From assembly GCA_963798845.1 (NCBI GenBank), contig CAWCUS010000001.1:567850-631849 (forward strand): a DNA stretch of 64,000 bases. The letters are read 5' to 3'. Positions within the stretch are counted from its first letter, which is position 1; each line of letters begins with the position of its first letter. The notes below the pieces were generated by a model. It did not search any database, was not told where the DNA came from, and saw only the letters and a list, made by a program, of their open reading frames with translations. The translations under genes were made by a program, and so were the position numbers. This stretch comes from an uncultured Gemmatimonadales bacterium. GTDB lineage: Bacteria; Gemmatimonadota; Gemmatimonadetes; Longimicrobiales; RSA9. This document shows, piece after piece, positions 17,883 through 30,125 of the stretch.

Positions 17883-18769
17883 GGGAGCGGTCGCTGGTGG
17901 CCTTCACGGTCCTCTCGCAGCTCGCGGTCGGGCTGTTCTGGGCGCTGCTCCTGGTGGATCTGGGCTCGCGTCTGGGCGGCGCCGAAGCGGCGGCCCTGCT
18001 GCGCTGGCAGGCGACCGTGGTCGTCGGCGTCATGGCCGCGGGGGGTGCGGCCGCGTTCCTCCACCTCGGTACGCCGCGCAACGCCTGGCGGGCGCTGCTC
18101 AACGTGCGCGGATCGTGGCTGAGCCGGGAGATCCTCGGCGCGGCGCTGTTCACCGCCGTGGCCGTGGCGGTGGCGGTGCTCCGCTGGCGCGATTCCGGCC
18201 GGGACGAAGGCGGCGCCGGCTACGCGGCCTTCGCGCTGTATGCGGGTTGCCTGCTGGGCGCGGGGCTGCTGCTGGCGATGTCCGGCGTCTACCGCCTCCG
18301 GACCGTGCCCGCGTGGGATTCGCGCCTGACCACCGCCTCCTTCTTCCTCTCGGCCGCGTCGCTGGGGAGCCTGGCGACTACGCTGCCTCTGGCCTGGGCG
18401 GGAGGAGCCGGGCCGACGCCGGCCGCTCTCCTCGCGCTCGCCTTCGCGAGCCTCTCGGTCGAGCTCTGGCTCGAGCCGCTGTGGGCCCGGCATCGGCGCG
18501 CTGCCCGCGCGGCGGTGGATTCCGGGCTCTTCCCCGCCCCTTCGACCGGCGCCTCGGGCACCGGTCCGGCCGGCCGGGCCACCCTGCTCACGACCGCACT
18601 GGCCGGAAGCACCGTGGCCTGGGTCGGGCTCGCAGCCCGGGCGGCGGGCGACGCGGTCCCGGCACCGTTCGTCGTCGCCGCGGTCGCGCTCTCCTTCGTC
18701 GCTGCGCTGGGCGCCACAATCGTGGGGCGCAGCGCGTTCTTTCGTAGCCATGCACGGGTGGGGCTCTGA
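17879..18769 (+). CDS. DmsC-like membrane anchor subunit
   Basis: A GTG start overlaps the dmsB-like stop (GTGA). The protein is highly hydrophobic, with about 8 predicted TM segments (SLVAFTVLSQLAVGLFWALLLV...). Its position and size match DmsC/NrfD-type anchors. Confidence 0.7.
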   Translation: MRERSLVAFTVLSQLAVGLFWALLLVDLGSRLGGAEAAALLRWQATVVVGVMAAGGAAAFLHLGTPRNAWRALLNVRGSWLSREILGAALFTAVAVAVAVLRWRDSGRDEGGAGYAAFALYAGCLLGAGLLLAMSGVYRLRTVPAWDSRLTTASFFLSAASLGSLATTLPLAWAGGAGPTPAALLALAFASLSVELWLEPLWARHRRAARAAVDSGLFPAPSTGASGTGPAGRATLLTTALAGSTVAWVGLAARAAGDAVPAPFVVAAVALSFVAALGATIVGRSAFFRSHARVGL

Positions 18770-18883
18770 GCCTGGCCTTCGGGAGACCTCCCGGTGCCCG
18801 AGGCCCAGCCGAATCACTCCGGCCTCCAGTCGCGTAGGGAAGCCTCGAATGCCGACGATGAACACCCCGAGAGGAGAACGCCA

Positions 18884-21800
18884 ATGAAGGTGTCCGCACG
18901 AAGCCGCAACCGATCCCTGCTCGCCGTCGTGCTGTGCGCGTCAGGCGTTGCGGCTGCGCCCGCTCCGGCGCAGGTCAACGCGCGGCTGTTCCGCTTTCCG
19001 GACGTCTCGAAGACGGAGATCGCCTTCGTGTACGGCAACGACGTGTGGGTGGTGCCCCGGACGGGTGGCGTCGCCACGCGCCTGACCACGCCGGCGGGGG
19101 AGGAATTGTTCCCGCGCTTCTCGCCGGACGGGTCGCGTCTGGCCTTCTCGGGCAATTACGACGGCAACACGGACGTGTACGTGATGCCGGCGAGCGGCGG
19201 TGTGCCGACGCGGGTGACGCACCACCCGGGGACGGACCGGATGGTGGACTGGTACCCGTCGGGCGACGCGTTGCTGATCGCGTCGAACATGACGAGCGAG
19301 AAGGACCGCTTCAGCAAGCTCTTCCGCGTCTCCCCCGACGGCGGTCTGCCGCAGGTGCTGCCGCTGCCGTTCGGCGAGTACGGAGACATCTCGGCCGATG
19401 GCCGCACGCTGGCCTACCTCCAGAACTGGCGGGACTTCCGCACGTGGAAGCGCTACCGGGGCGGGCTGACCACGGCCATCTGGCTGTTCGACCTGGGGTC
19501 GCACGCGGCCAGGAAGGTGCCGGGGGACAGCGCGAACAACACCGACCCAATGTGGCACGGGAAGACGCTCTATTTCCTGAGCGACCGCGCGGCGAACGAA
19601 CGGATGAACATCTGGGCGTACGACACCGACTCGGGCGACGTTCGGCAGGTCACCCACTACGAGGACTACGACATCCACTTCCCGGCCGTGGGCCCCGACG
19701 CCATGGTCTACGAGGAAGGCGGGAAGCTATGGATCATGGACCTGGCGACGGAGCAGTCATCGGCCGTGGACGTGCGCATCGAGAGCGACTTCGCCAGCAT
19801 CCGGCCGCGGCTGGAGAGCGTGGGCGGCGAGTTCCAGGACGCCGACATCTCGCCCAGCGGCAAACGCGCGGTGGTGGCCGCGCGCGGCGACCTGTTCACG
19901 CTCCCGGCGGAGCACGGCGCGGTCGTGACGCTGGAGGGAGCGTCGGCGAGCGCGGCAAGACACCCGGCGTGGTCGCCGGACGGCCGCCAGGTGGCGTACT
20001 GGAGTGACCGCACGGGCGAGTACGAGCTCACGATCGAGTCCGCGGACGGGACCGGGGAGCCCAGGACAGTGACGAAGCTGGGGCCCGGGTTCCGCTACCG
20101 GATCTTCTGGTCGCCGGACTCGAAGAAGGTGGCGTACATCGACCAGGCGATGCGGATCCAGCTCACCGACGTCGCCGGCGGGAAGACGCAGCAGATCGGA
20201 AAGGGCAACTACTTCTACCAGGGCGGGCTGGCCAGCTTCGTCGCCAGCTGGAGCCCGGACTCCCGCTACGTGGCGTACGGCGGCGACCTGCCGTCGCGCG
20301 CCGGCGCGATCTTCGTCTTCGACACGAAGACGGCCGCGAGCCACCAGGTGACACACGGCTTCTACAACGCGTCGGAGCCCGCGTTCGATCCCGAGGGAAA
20401 GTACCTCTACCTGCTCACGAACCAGAGCTTCCAGCCCAGCTACAGCGACGTCGACGGCACGTGGATCTACGCCAACTCCACCCAGATCGCCGCGCTCCCG
20501 CTGACCGGCGAAACCGCTTCCCCGCTGGCGCCCCGGAACGACGAGGAGAAGCCGGGCTCCGCGCAGGACGATGAGGAGACCGGCGGCGCGAAGGCGGCGG
20601 CCGGCAGGAGCGGGGGCAGCAAGGGAGAGGAGGAAGGAGCGGGCGCACCGCCGCCGGCGGTGGCCATCGACTTCGACGGGCTGGAGTCGCGCGCCGTCAT
20701 CCTCCCGCCGGGGGCCGGAAACTATGGCGACCTGCAGGCCGTGAAGGGGAAGGTGCTGTACCGGCGCCGGGCCCGGACCGGGGCATCTCAGGGTCCGTCG
20801 GAGACGCCCGTCCTGTACTGGGACCTGGGCGAGCGCGAGGAGAAGACGATCCTGGAGGACGCAGACGCGTTCCGCGTCTCGGCGGACGGCAAGAAGCTGC
20901 TGGCCCTGAAGGACGGGAAGCTGGCCATCGTGGACCTGAAGCCCGGTGCCAAGCTGGACAAGCCGCTGAAGATGTCGGACATGCAGGCGACGATCGAGCC
21001 GCGCGCCGAGTGGCGGCAGATCTTCACCGACGCGTGGCGCTTCGAGCGCGACTACTTCTACGACCCGAAGATGCACGGCGTGGACTGGCCCGCAATGCGC
21101 CAGCGCTACGGCGCGCTGCTGGATGACGCCGTGACGCGCGAGGACGTCAACTTCGTCATCGGTGAGCTGATCGGGGAGCTGAGCTCATCGCACACGTACC
21201 GCGGCGGCGGCGACATCGAGCACCCGAAGCGGGAGGACGTGGGGCTGCTGGGCGTGGACTGGAAGAAGGAGAACGGGGCGTTCCGGATCGCCCGCATCGT
21301 GCGCCCGGCGCCGTGGGAAAGCGAGGTCCGCTCCCCGCTCGACCGCTCCGGGGTCGACCTGCACGAGGGCGACTACGTGCTGGCGGTGGACGGCCGTCCC
21401 CTGGACCCGGCGAAGGATCCGTGGGCCTCGTTCGCCGGCCTGGCGGGAGAAACGGTGACGCTCACGGTCAATGGCAGCCCGACGATGGACGGCGCCCGGC
21501 GCGTGATCGTGGCGATGATGAAGCTGGACGACGAGCAGCGGCTGAGGAACCTGGCGTGGATCCAGGCGAAACGGGAGCGGGTGGCGCAGGCGACCGACGG
21601 CCGCGTCGGCTACATCTACGTCCCCGACACGTCCATCCCCGGGCAGACGGAGCTGGTGCGGCAGTTCGCCGGGCAGTTCCACATGGACGGGCTGATCATC
21701 GACGAGCGCTTCAACAGCGGCGGACAGATCCCGGACCGCTTCGTCGAGCTGCTGAACCGGCCGGTGACCAACTTCTGGGCCACGCGCGATGGCGTGGACT

Positions 21801-22213
21801 GGCAGTGGCCGCCGCTGGCCCACACGGGGCCCGAGGTCATGCTCATCAACGAGTGGAGCGGGTCCGGCGGCGACGCGTTCCCGTGGCTGTTCCGCCGCGC
21901 CAATCTCGGCCCGCTGGTCGGGACGCGCACCTGGGGCGGCCTCATCGGCATCAGCGGCGTCCCGCCGCTCGTGGACGGGGGCGCGGTCACGGTTCCGACG
22001 TTCGGCATCTACTCCACCGAAGGGAGCTGGGTGGTCGAGAACCAGGGCGTGACGCCCGACATCACCGTGGAGATGGACCCGTCGAAGACCGCCGATGGCA
22101 GCGATCCCCAGCTGGAAGCGGCCATCGCGGAGTCGATGAAGCTGCTTCGCACGCAGCCCCCGGTGCGGGCGAAGAAGCCCGCCTATCCGGTGAAAGTCCC
22201 CGGCGGGCGGTAG
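18884..22213 (+). CDS. tricorn protease homolog (beta-propellers + PDZ + S41 peptidase domain)
   Basis: There is a signal peptide (MKVSARSRNRSLLAVVLCASGVAAAPAPAQ). The N-terminus is RFPDVSKTEIAFVYGNDVWVVPRTGG...RLTTPAGEELFPRFSPDGSRLAFSGNYDGNTDVYV. The C-terminal S41-like core is VGYIYVPDTSIPG...IIDERFNSGGQIPD...INEWSGSGGDAFP. GAGGAGA lies upstream of the ATG. Confidence 0.85.
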   Translation: MKVSARSRNRSLLAVVLCASGVAAAPAPAQVNARLFRFPDVSKTEIAFVYGNDVWVVPRTGGVATRLTTPAGEELFPRFSPDGSRLAFSGNYDGNTDVYVMPASGGVPTRVTHHPGTDRMVDWYPSGDALLIASNMTSEKDRFSKLFRVSPDGGLPQVLPLPFGEYGDISADGRTLAYLQNWRDFRTWKRYRGGLTTAIWLFDLGSHAARKVPGDSANNTDPMWHGKTLYFLSDRAANERMNIWAYDTDSGDVRQVTHYEDYDIHFPAVGPDAMVYEEGGKLWIMDLATEQSSAVDVRIESDFASIRPRLESVGGEFQDADISPSGKRAVVAARGDLFTLPAEHGAVVTLEGASASAARHPAWSPDGRQVAYWSDRTGEYELTIESADGTGEPRTVTKLGPGFRYRIFWSPDSKKVAYIDQAMRIQLTDVAGGKTQQIGKGNYFYQGGLASFVASWSPDSRYVAYGGDLPSRAGAIFVFDTKTAASHQVTHGFYNASEPAFDPEGKYLYLLTNQSFQPSYSDVDGTWIYANSTQIAALPLTGETASPLAPRNDEEKPGSAQDDEETGGAKAAAGRSGGSKGEEEGAGAPPPAVAIDFDGLESRAVILPPGAGNYGDLQAVKGKVLYRRRARTGASQGPSETPVLYWDLGEREEKTILEDADAFRVSADGKKLLALKDGKLAIVDLKPGAKLDKPLKMSDMQATIEPRAEWRQIFTDAWRFERDYFYDPKMHGVDWPAMRQRYGALLDDAVTREDVNFVIGELIGELSSSHTYRGGGDIEHPKREDVGLLGVDWKKENGAFRIARIVRPAPWESEVRSPLDRSGVDLHEGDYVLAVDGRPLDPAKDPWASFAGLAGETVTLTVNGSPTMDGARRVIVAMMKLDDEQRLRNLAWIQAKRERVAQATDGRVGYIYVPDTSIPGQTELVRQFAGQFHMDGLIIDERFNSGGQIPDRFVELLNRPVTNFWATRDGVDWQWPPLAHTGPEVMLINEWSGSGGDAFPWLFRRANLGPLVGTRTWGGLIGISGVPPLVDGGAVTVPTFGIYSTEGSWVVENQGVTPDITVEMDPSKTADGSDPQLEAAIAESMKLLRTQPPVRAKKPAYPVKVPGGR

Positions 22214-22237
22214 CGGCGGGAGCGGTCCCGCTGCGCG

Positions 22238-22269
22238 GGGACGCGGGCCGCTCTGCGAGCCCGCGTCCC
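22238..22269. terminator. GC-rich hairpin between convergent tricorn and pdxH genes
   Basis: The hairpin is GGGACGCGGGC-(10 nt loop)-GCCCGCGTCCC followed by TTCCC. It could terminate either convergent transcript. Confidence 0.5.
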
Positions 22270-22282
22270 TTCCCGCCTGCGC

Positions 22283-22951
22283 CTACGGGCTGAGCCGGGT
22301 CAACGCCCAGCCAGTCTCCGTGCGGGTGAACAGCAACCGATCGTGCATGCGGTTCGCTCGGCCCTGCCAGAACTCGATGCGCTCCGCACGCACGCGGTAG
22401 CCGCCCCAGAACGGAGGGAGCGGGACGTCGTGGCCGGGGAACTCGGCGTTCCGCTCCTCGAAGCTGCGCTCCAGCGCGGCTCGGCTCTCGATCGGGGCGC
22501 TCTGCCTGGAGGCCCAGGCTGCGATCCGGCTTCCGCGGGGGCGGCTGCGGTGGTAGGCGTCGGACTCCTCGAAGGTGGTTCGTTCGGCCGTCCCCTCGAT
22601 GCGGATCTGGCGGTGGAGCGTGGGCCAGTGGAGGAGGAGGGCGGCGCGCGGGTTGGCTTCCAGCTCGTCGGCCTTGCGGCTGTCGTAGTTCGTGTAGAAG
22701 ACGAAGCCGCGCTCGTCGAAGGACTTGAGCAGCACCTGGCGGACCGACGGCGCGCCGTCCGGGGTGGCCGTGGCCACGGCCATCCCCTCGTGCAGGTAGA
22801 TGCCGGCGTCACTCGCCTGGCGGAACCACCGGCCGAACAGGACGAGCGGGTCCGACCCCGCGTCCGCCCGCGCCAGCGCCGCTTCGTCCATTCCGGAGAT
22901 CACGCCCTGCCCCGACGTGCGCACCGTCCGCCACCATGTCAGAAGACCCAT
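22283..22951 (-). CDS. pdxH: pyridoxamine 5'-phosphate oxidase
   Basis: The sequence contains PSVRQVLLKSFDERGFVFYTNYDSRKADELEANPRAALLLHWPTLHRQIRIEG...RIEFWQGRANRMHDRLLF. This includes the canonical PdxH C-terminal motif. The true start may be the ATG at 22891 (MDEAALA). Confidence 0.9.
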   Translation of the reverse strand: MGLLTWWRTVRTSGQGVISGMDEAALARADAGSDPLVLFGRWFRQASDAGIYLHEGMAVATATPDGAPSVRQVLLKSFDERGFVFYTNYDSRKADELEANPRAALLLHWPTLHRQIRIEGTAERTTFEESDAYHRSRPRGSRIAAWASRQSAPIESRAALERSFEERNAEFPGHDVPLPPFWGGYRVRAERIEFWQGRANRMHDRLLFTRTETGWALTRLSP

Positions 22952-23009
22952 TCTTCCCCACCCCTCTTCGCGCCTCTCGCTCTCCCCGGTCGACGGTCAA
23001 AAGGCAACG

Positions 23010-23342
23010 TCACCGGTCACCGGTTCCCTGGCACTCGTCACAGGGGCAGATCCCTCTCAGCAGGTCCCACGGGTACATGCCGGTGTCGTGGCCATCCGGC
23101 CACGTGAACTTCAGGGCGTAGCGCCCCACGTACTCGATGGCTACGGGCATGATGTCCGCCGCCACGGTGGACGGGTCGAGGAGCGGCTGGTGGGTGTACT
23201 CGTCGATGCAGCCGGCGCACGGGCAGACCAGCCGAATCCGGCGCGGTTCGTACTCGCTGACATGGCCGTCCGCCCACACGATCCGGAGCCAATGCCCGTC
23301 CTCCGTGGGCTCCACGGTCCTCGGCCGTACGTTCTGCTTCAT
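23010..23342 (-). CDS. DUF971 (gamma-butyrobetaine hydroxylase-like N-terminal) domain protein
   Basis: The pattern LRIVWADGHVSEYEPRRIRLVCPCAGCIDE...YALKFTWPDGHDTGMYPWDLLRGICPC is typical of DUF971. Confidence 0.7.
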   Translation of the reverse strand: MKQNVRPRTVEPTEDGHWLRIVWADGHVSEYEPRRIRLVCPCAGCIDEYTHQPLLDPSTVAADIMPVAIEYVGRYALKFTWPDGHDTGMYPWDLLRGICPCDECQGTGDR

Positions 23343-23493
23343 TCAATGTCTCGTCTGCGTGGTAATCGTGCGGCCCAAGTCTGGCGCAATGCCGGGAAGG
23401 GGGCAAGGCGGGTCCGGGCGGCACCGGGCTCGCCCGGGAGGCCCCGGCCTGAGAGCGGAAATCGAGCGGTGGAGCCCGCCAGACGCGTCGTAG

Positions 23494-24534
23494 TCAGACC
23501 TTGAAGCGGATCGACAGGATGTCTCCGTCCGCCACGACGTACTCCTTGCCCTCCAGCTTGAGGTGCCCGGCTTCGCGGATGGCGTGCTCGGAGCCATGCT
23601 CCATGAAGATGTCGTACGGGGTCACCTCGGCGCGGATGAAGCCGCGCTCGAGGTCGGAGTGGATGCGTCCGGCCGCTTCCCTGGCCCGGGTCCCCCGGCG
23701 GATGGTCCACGCCCGGACTTCGTCCTCGCCGACCGTGAAGAAGGAGATGAGGTCCAGCAGGCCGTAGGCAGAGCGGATGAAGCGCCGCAGCGCCGGCTGG
23801 TCCAGGCCGAGGTCCTGTACGAACGCGCCCTGCTCCTCGGCGGGGAGCGACGCGATCTCGGCTTCCAGCTCGGCGGAGATCACGAGCCCGGCGGCATGCA
23901 GCTCCTCGATCCGCGCGGCCAGCTGCGGCGGCATCGGCGCCGCGGCCCGGTCCTCGCCCACGTTGACGGCCACCAGGAGAGGACGCTCCGTGAGGAGTCC
24001 GAAGCCGCGCAGGACCTCCGGCCTCACCTCCTCCGGCGCGATGGACCGGATCGGGCGGCCGTCCTCCAGCGCGACACGGATGCGCTCGAAAGCCGCCATT
24101 TCCAGCGGGTCCGCGCGCTCCTTCCGGCCGCGTTCCAGCCGCCGCTCCACGATCTCCAGGTCGGCCAGCACGCACTCGGCGTGGAAGGCTTCCAGGTCCG
24201 ACAGAGGGTCCGGCGACCCCTCGACGGCCGGGTTGATGAAGGCGCGCAGCACCAGGCAGAGCGCGTCCTGGTCACGGATCTGCTGGAGGCCGCGCCGCGA
24301 CAGCCCGGTCTTTTCCGCCCCGTGCTCGCCCGGGATGTCGCAGAACGTGATCTCGGCGTAGGTGGTCTTGCGGGGCGAGAAGATCCGGCTGAGCGCGTCG
24401 ATCCGCTCGTCCGGTACGTGCACCGTCCCGAGTCGCACCTCGCCCCCGTAACCGACCGGGACGTCCAGCCCCGTCATCGTATTGAACACCGTGGTCTTGC
24501 CGGATCCGGCAAAGCCCACCAGCCCGATCTTCAT
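23494..24534 (-). CDS. ychF: YchF/OLA1-family P-loop ATPase/GTPase
   Basis: There is a Walker A motif (MKIGLVGFAGSGKTTVFN) and the segment DIPG. The C-terminal TGS-like end is FFTVGEDEVRAWTIRRGTRAREAAGRIHSDLERGFIRAEV...GDILSIRFKV. Confidence 0.8.
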   Translation of the reverse strand: MKIGLVGFAGSGKTTVFNTMTGLDVPVGYGGEVRLGTVHVPDERIDALSRIFSPRKTTYAEITFCDIPGEHGAEKTGLSRRGLQQIRDQDALCLVLRAFINPAVEGSPDPLSDLEAFHAECVLADLEIVERRLERGRKERADPLEMAAFERIRVALEDGRPIRSIAPEEVRPEVLRGFGLLTERPLLVAVNVGEDRAAAPMPPQLAARIEELHAAGLVISAELEAEIASLPAEEQGAFVQDLGLDQPALRRFIRSAYGLLDLISFFTVGEDEVRAWTIRRGTRAREAAGRIHSDLERGFIRAEVTPYDIFMEHGSEHAIREAGHLKLEGKEYVVADGDILSIRFKV

Positions 24535-24785
24535 TGCTCACCTCGCGATCTGTGATGATCTCCCAAATATGAGCGCGTCGAGACGGCTCCGCGAGCCGAC
24601 ACGGCCGGCCTTCACCGCGGAGCCACGGCTGGAGATTCGAAGTCCGGAGGACGTGGAACAGCCGTAGCGGGGACGCACGCCCGGCGGGACGCAGGCTTCG
24701 CCGGCGGGGCGCGGCGCGGCCTGTCGGCGCGCGCGGGACGCGGGGGCTGGGCGCCCCCGCGGGCGCCAGCCCGCGTGCCGCGGCG

Positions 24786-25898
24786 TCAGCCGTGCGTCCC
24801 GGACCCGGGGCCGCTCCACTCCCGCCGCGTCCGCAGGAACTCCCCGACGCGCCTGGGCAACAGCAGGTCGTCGGCGATGGCCGCGACTTCCTCCGCATCC
24901 CGCCACTCGGCCGCCAGGCGCGCCAGCTCGCCTTCCAGCGCGCGCCGCTCCGACTCCTCCTGCGCCGCCATCTCGAGGCCGAGCCGGACGTTGGCAGGGA
25001 GGCGGAAGAGCGCGTGCTCGGGGAGCCTCATGGGTGCGCGGGCGTTCATCCACGCGGAGCGTGGCGCGCGAGCGGCCTTCCGGAAGGCAGCGTCCACGCT
25101 GCCGCTGGACTCGACGAACCGTGCCGCTTCCTCCACCCGACGGCGCGAGGCGCCGGAGCGGTTGAGCGCGGGGAGGATCCTGCCCGCAGCTCGGATGGCC
25201 GCGTCGCCTTCCAGCCGGCTGACCGGGTCGTCGTCGAGGCGCGCCAGACCGCGCGCCCACCGCCGGACCCGCACGGGCGCGGACCCCGGCGCTGGCCGGT
25301 GCGGGAAGATCATCGCCCAGCCGTCGTCGCCGGTCCGCTCGACCCGCGCGTGCTGGGCGTGACGGTATGTCAGCCGCACGGGACCTTCGTCCGGTGTGTC
25401 GACGCGCGCCGATGTGCGGATCATGTTCCGGTACAGGTTGATCCAGTTCGCGCTCACGTTGACGACAGCGTAGGCCCCGCTCACCAGGACGCCGCCCATG
25501 GCGCCGCCCACCACGAGCGCACCGGCGGCCGCAGCCGCGCCGCCCACGACCAGCGCCCGCCTCCGGCGACGCAGCATCTCCCCGCCGTACCGCCAGGCGG
25601 CGTATTCGGGCCTGGTCGGCCTCCCGATCCGCACCACCTCCAGCCCCTCCGCGTGCCTCGCCAGGCCGATCTCCTCCGTGCTGAAGCGCCGCGGCGTGTC
25701 ACGGTAGAGCCGCTCCAGCGACTCCAGCGCTTCCCACCGCTCCTCGATGGGCGAGAGGTTCCACTGGCGGCACCTCGGGCAGAGTGCCCAGAGCCGGCCC
25801 TTCCCGGGATCGAACGCCAGGCGGCGGCCGACGGGGAACTCTTCGATGACCCGGTTCTCGCCGAGTCGCGTGCTGCAGAAGATGCAGGTGGAGTACAC
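24786..25898 (-). CDS. hypothetical membrane protein with N-terminal CxxC...CxxC zinc ribbon
   Basis: The N-terminus is MYSTCIFCSTRLGENRV...LWALCPRCRQWN. A Gly/Ala-rich TM region follows (ALVVGGAAAAAGALVVGGAMGGVLVSGAYAVV). The C-terminus is a helical acidic region (EESERRALEGELARLAAEWRDAEE). Confidence 0.6.
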   Translation of the reverse strand: MYSTCIFCSTRLGENRVIEEFPVGRRLAFDPGKGRLWALCPRCRQWNLSPIEERWEALESLERLYRDTPRRFSTEEIGLARHAEGLEVVRIGRPTRPEYAAWRYGGEMLRRRRRALVVGGAAAAAGALVVGGAMGGVLVSGAYAVVNVSANWINLYRNMIRTSARVDTPDEGPVRLTYRHAQHARVERTGDDGWAMIFPHRPAPGSAPVRVRRWARGLARLDDDPVSRLEGDAAIRAAGRILPALNRSGASRRRVEEAARFVESSGSVDAAFRKAARAPRSAWMNARAPMRLPEHALFRLPANVRLGLEMAAQEESERRALEGELARLAAEWRDAEEVAAIADDLLLPRRVGEFLRTRREWSGPGSGTHG

Positions 25899-25916
25899 GG
25901 GGCCGCGCGTCCCCCG

Positions 25917-28625
<2,709 letters not shown>

Positions 28626-28857
28626 GTCAGAGCTCAGTGTTCACATTCTCAATGGATACGACGACGCCGGAGGTCCGGGAGCTCGGCGCGCCCGGCTCCG
28701 GCGTCCACCGTCAGACCCCATCAACTTGCGCACGGGGACCACAGTGATGCAAACGCGAGGCGAGGCAACCAGGATGGCGCGACGGTCGGACGCGCGCCCT
28801 TGCCGTGGCCGACCGCGGAGTCTACCCTCCTGCTCGGCCTCCTCTGACCCCGCATCC

Positions 28858-30042
28858 ATGCCTCACCAGGCGCCACACACCGCGACGCGCACCCGGTCCT
28901 TCACCGAGTCGGTGATCCGGGAAATGACACGGGTCGCGGCAATGCACGAGGCCATCAACCTCGCCCAGGGGTTCCCGGACTTCCCGGCGCCGGAAGCATT
29001 GAAGGCCGCCGCCTGCGACGCCATCCGCCGCGACGTCAACCAGTATGCGGTGACGTGGGGCTCCGCCCGGATCCGTCGGGCGCTCACGGAGGTGTACGGG
29101 CGCTGGTACGACATGGACGTGAACCCGGACCGCGAGATCACGGTCACCTGCGGCGCCACCGAGGCGATGGCGTCGGGGCTCATGGCGGTGGTGGACCCGG
29201 GCGACGAGGTGGTGGTGATCGAGCCGTTCTACGAGAACTACGGCCCCGACGCCATCCTGTGCGGCGCGCGACCGGTGTGGGTGCCGATGGAGCGATCGAA
29301 CGGCCCGGAGGGCCTGCGCTTCGCCCTCGACCTGGACAGGCTACGCGAAGCCTTCAGCGACCACACGCGGGCCATCGTGTTGAACACCCCCAACAACCCG
29401 TCCGGGCACGTCTTCTCGCGGGCGGAGCTGGAAAGCGTGGCCGAGCTGTGCCAGCGCCACGACGCCATCGCGTTCACCGACGAGATCTACGAGCACATCC
29501 GCTACGACGCGCCCCATGTCCCGCTGGCGGCGCTGGACGGGATGCGGGAACGGACCGTCACGATCAGTGGCGCGTCCAAGACGTTCAGCGTCACGGGCTG
29601 GCGAGTCGGGTGGATCGTGGCGCCGCCGGAGATCACGGACGCGATACGGAAAGTGCACGACTTCCTCACGGTGGGCGCGCCGGCGCCGCTCCAGGACGCC
29701 GTCGCCGCCGGTCTCGAGACCCTCCACGACGACTACTACCGCACCCTCGCCGACGACTATCGGCAGCGCCGCGATATCCTGTACCACGCCCTGATGAGCG
29801 CCGGCTTCGACTGCTCCCCGCCCGCCGGCGCGTACTACATCCTTGCCGGCTTCTCCCGCCTGAGCGACGAGGACGACGACACCTTCGCCCGCCGCATGGC
29901 CGCCGACGCAGGCGTGGCCGTGGTGCCGGGCTCCAGCTTCTTCCACGACCCCGTCGACGGTCGCGACCTGGTCCGCTTTGCGTTCTGCAAGAAGCCGGAG
30001 ACGCTCGAGGAGGCGGGGAAGCGGTTGCGGGAATTGGCGTGA
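28858..30042 (+). CDS. class I PLP-dependent aminotransferase (methionine/kynurenine aminotransferase-like)
   Basis: The sequence contains INLAQGFPDFPAP...NQYAVTWG...LNTPNNPSGHVFS...SGASKTFSVTGWRVGW (the PLP lysine in SKTF). Confidence 0.85.
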   Translation: MPHQAPHTATRTRSFTESVIREMTRVAAMHEAINLAQGFPDFPAPEALKAAACDAIRRDVNQYAVTWGSARIRRALTEVYGRWYDMDVNPDREITVTCGATEAMASGLMAVVDPGDEVVVIEPFYENYGPDAILCGARPVWVPMERSNGPEGLRFALDLDRLREAFSDHTRAIVLNTPNNPSGHVFSRAELESVAELCQRHDAIAFTDEIYEHIRYDAPHVPLAALDGMRERTVTISGASKTFSVTGWRVGWIVAPPEITDAIRKVHDFLTVGAPAPLQDAVAAGLETLHDDYYRTLADDYRQRRDILYHALMSAGFDCSPPAGAYYILAGFSRLSDEDDDTFARRMAADAGVAVVPGSSFFHDPVDGRDLVRFAFCKKPETLEEAGKRLRELA

Positions 30043-30125
30043 GCGGCGGCGCGGGGATGGCGAACAGGACCCACTTCGGAGCGCTCGGGAGAAGGTTGAT
30101 GAGGACTGCGGATCTCGGGTGTTCG

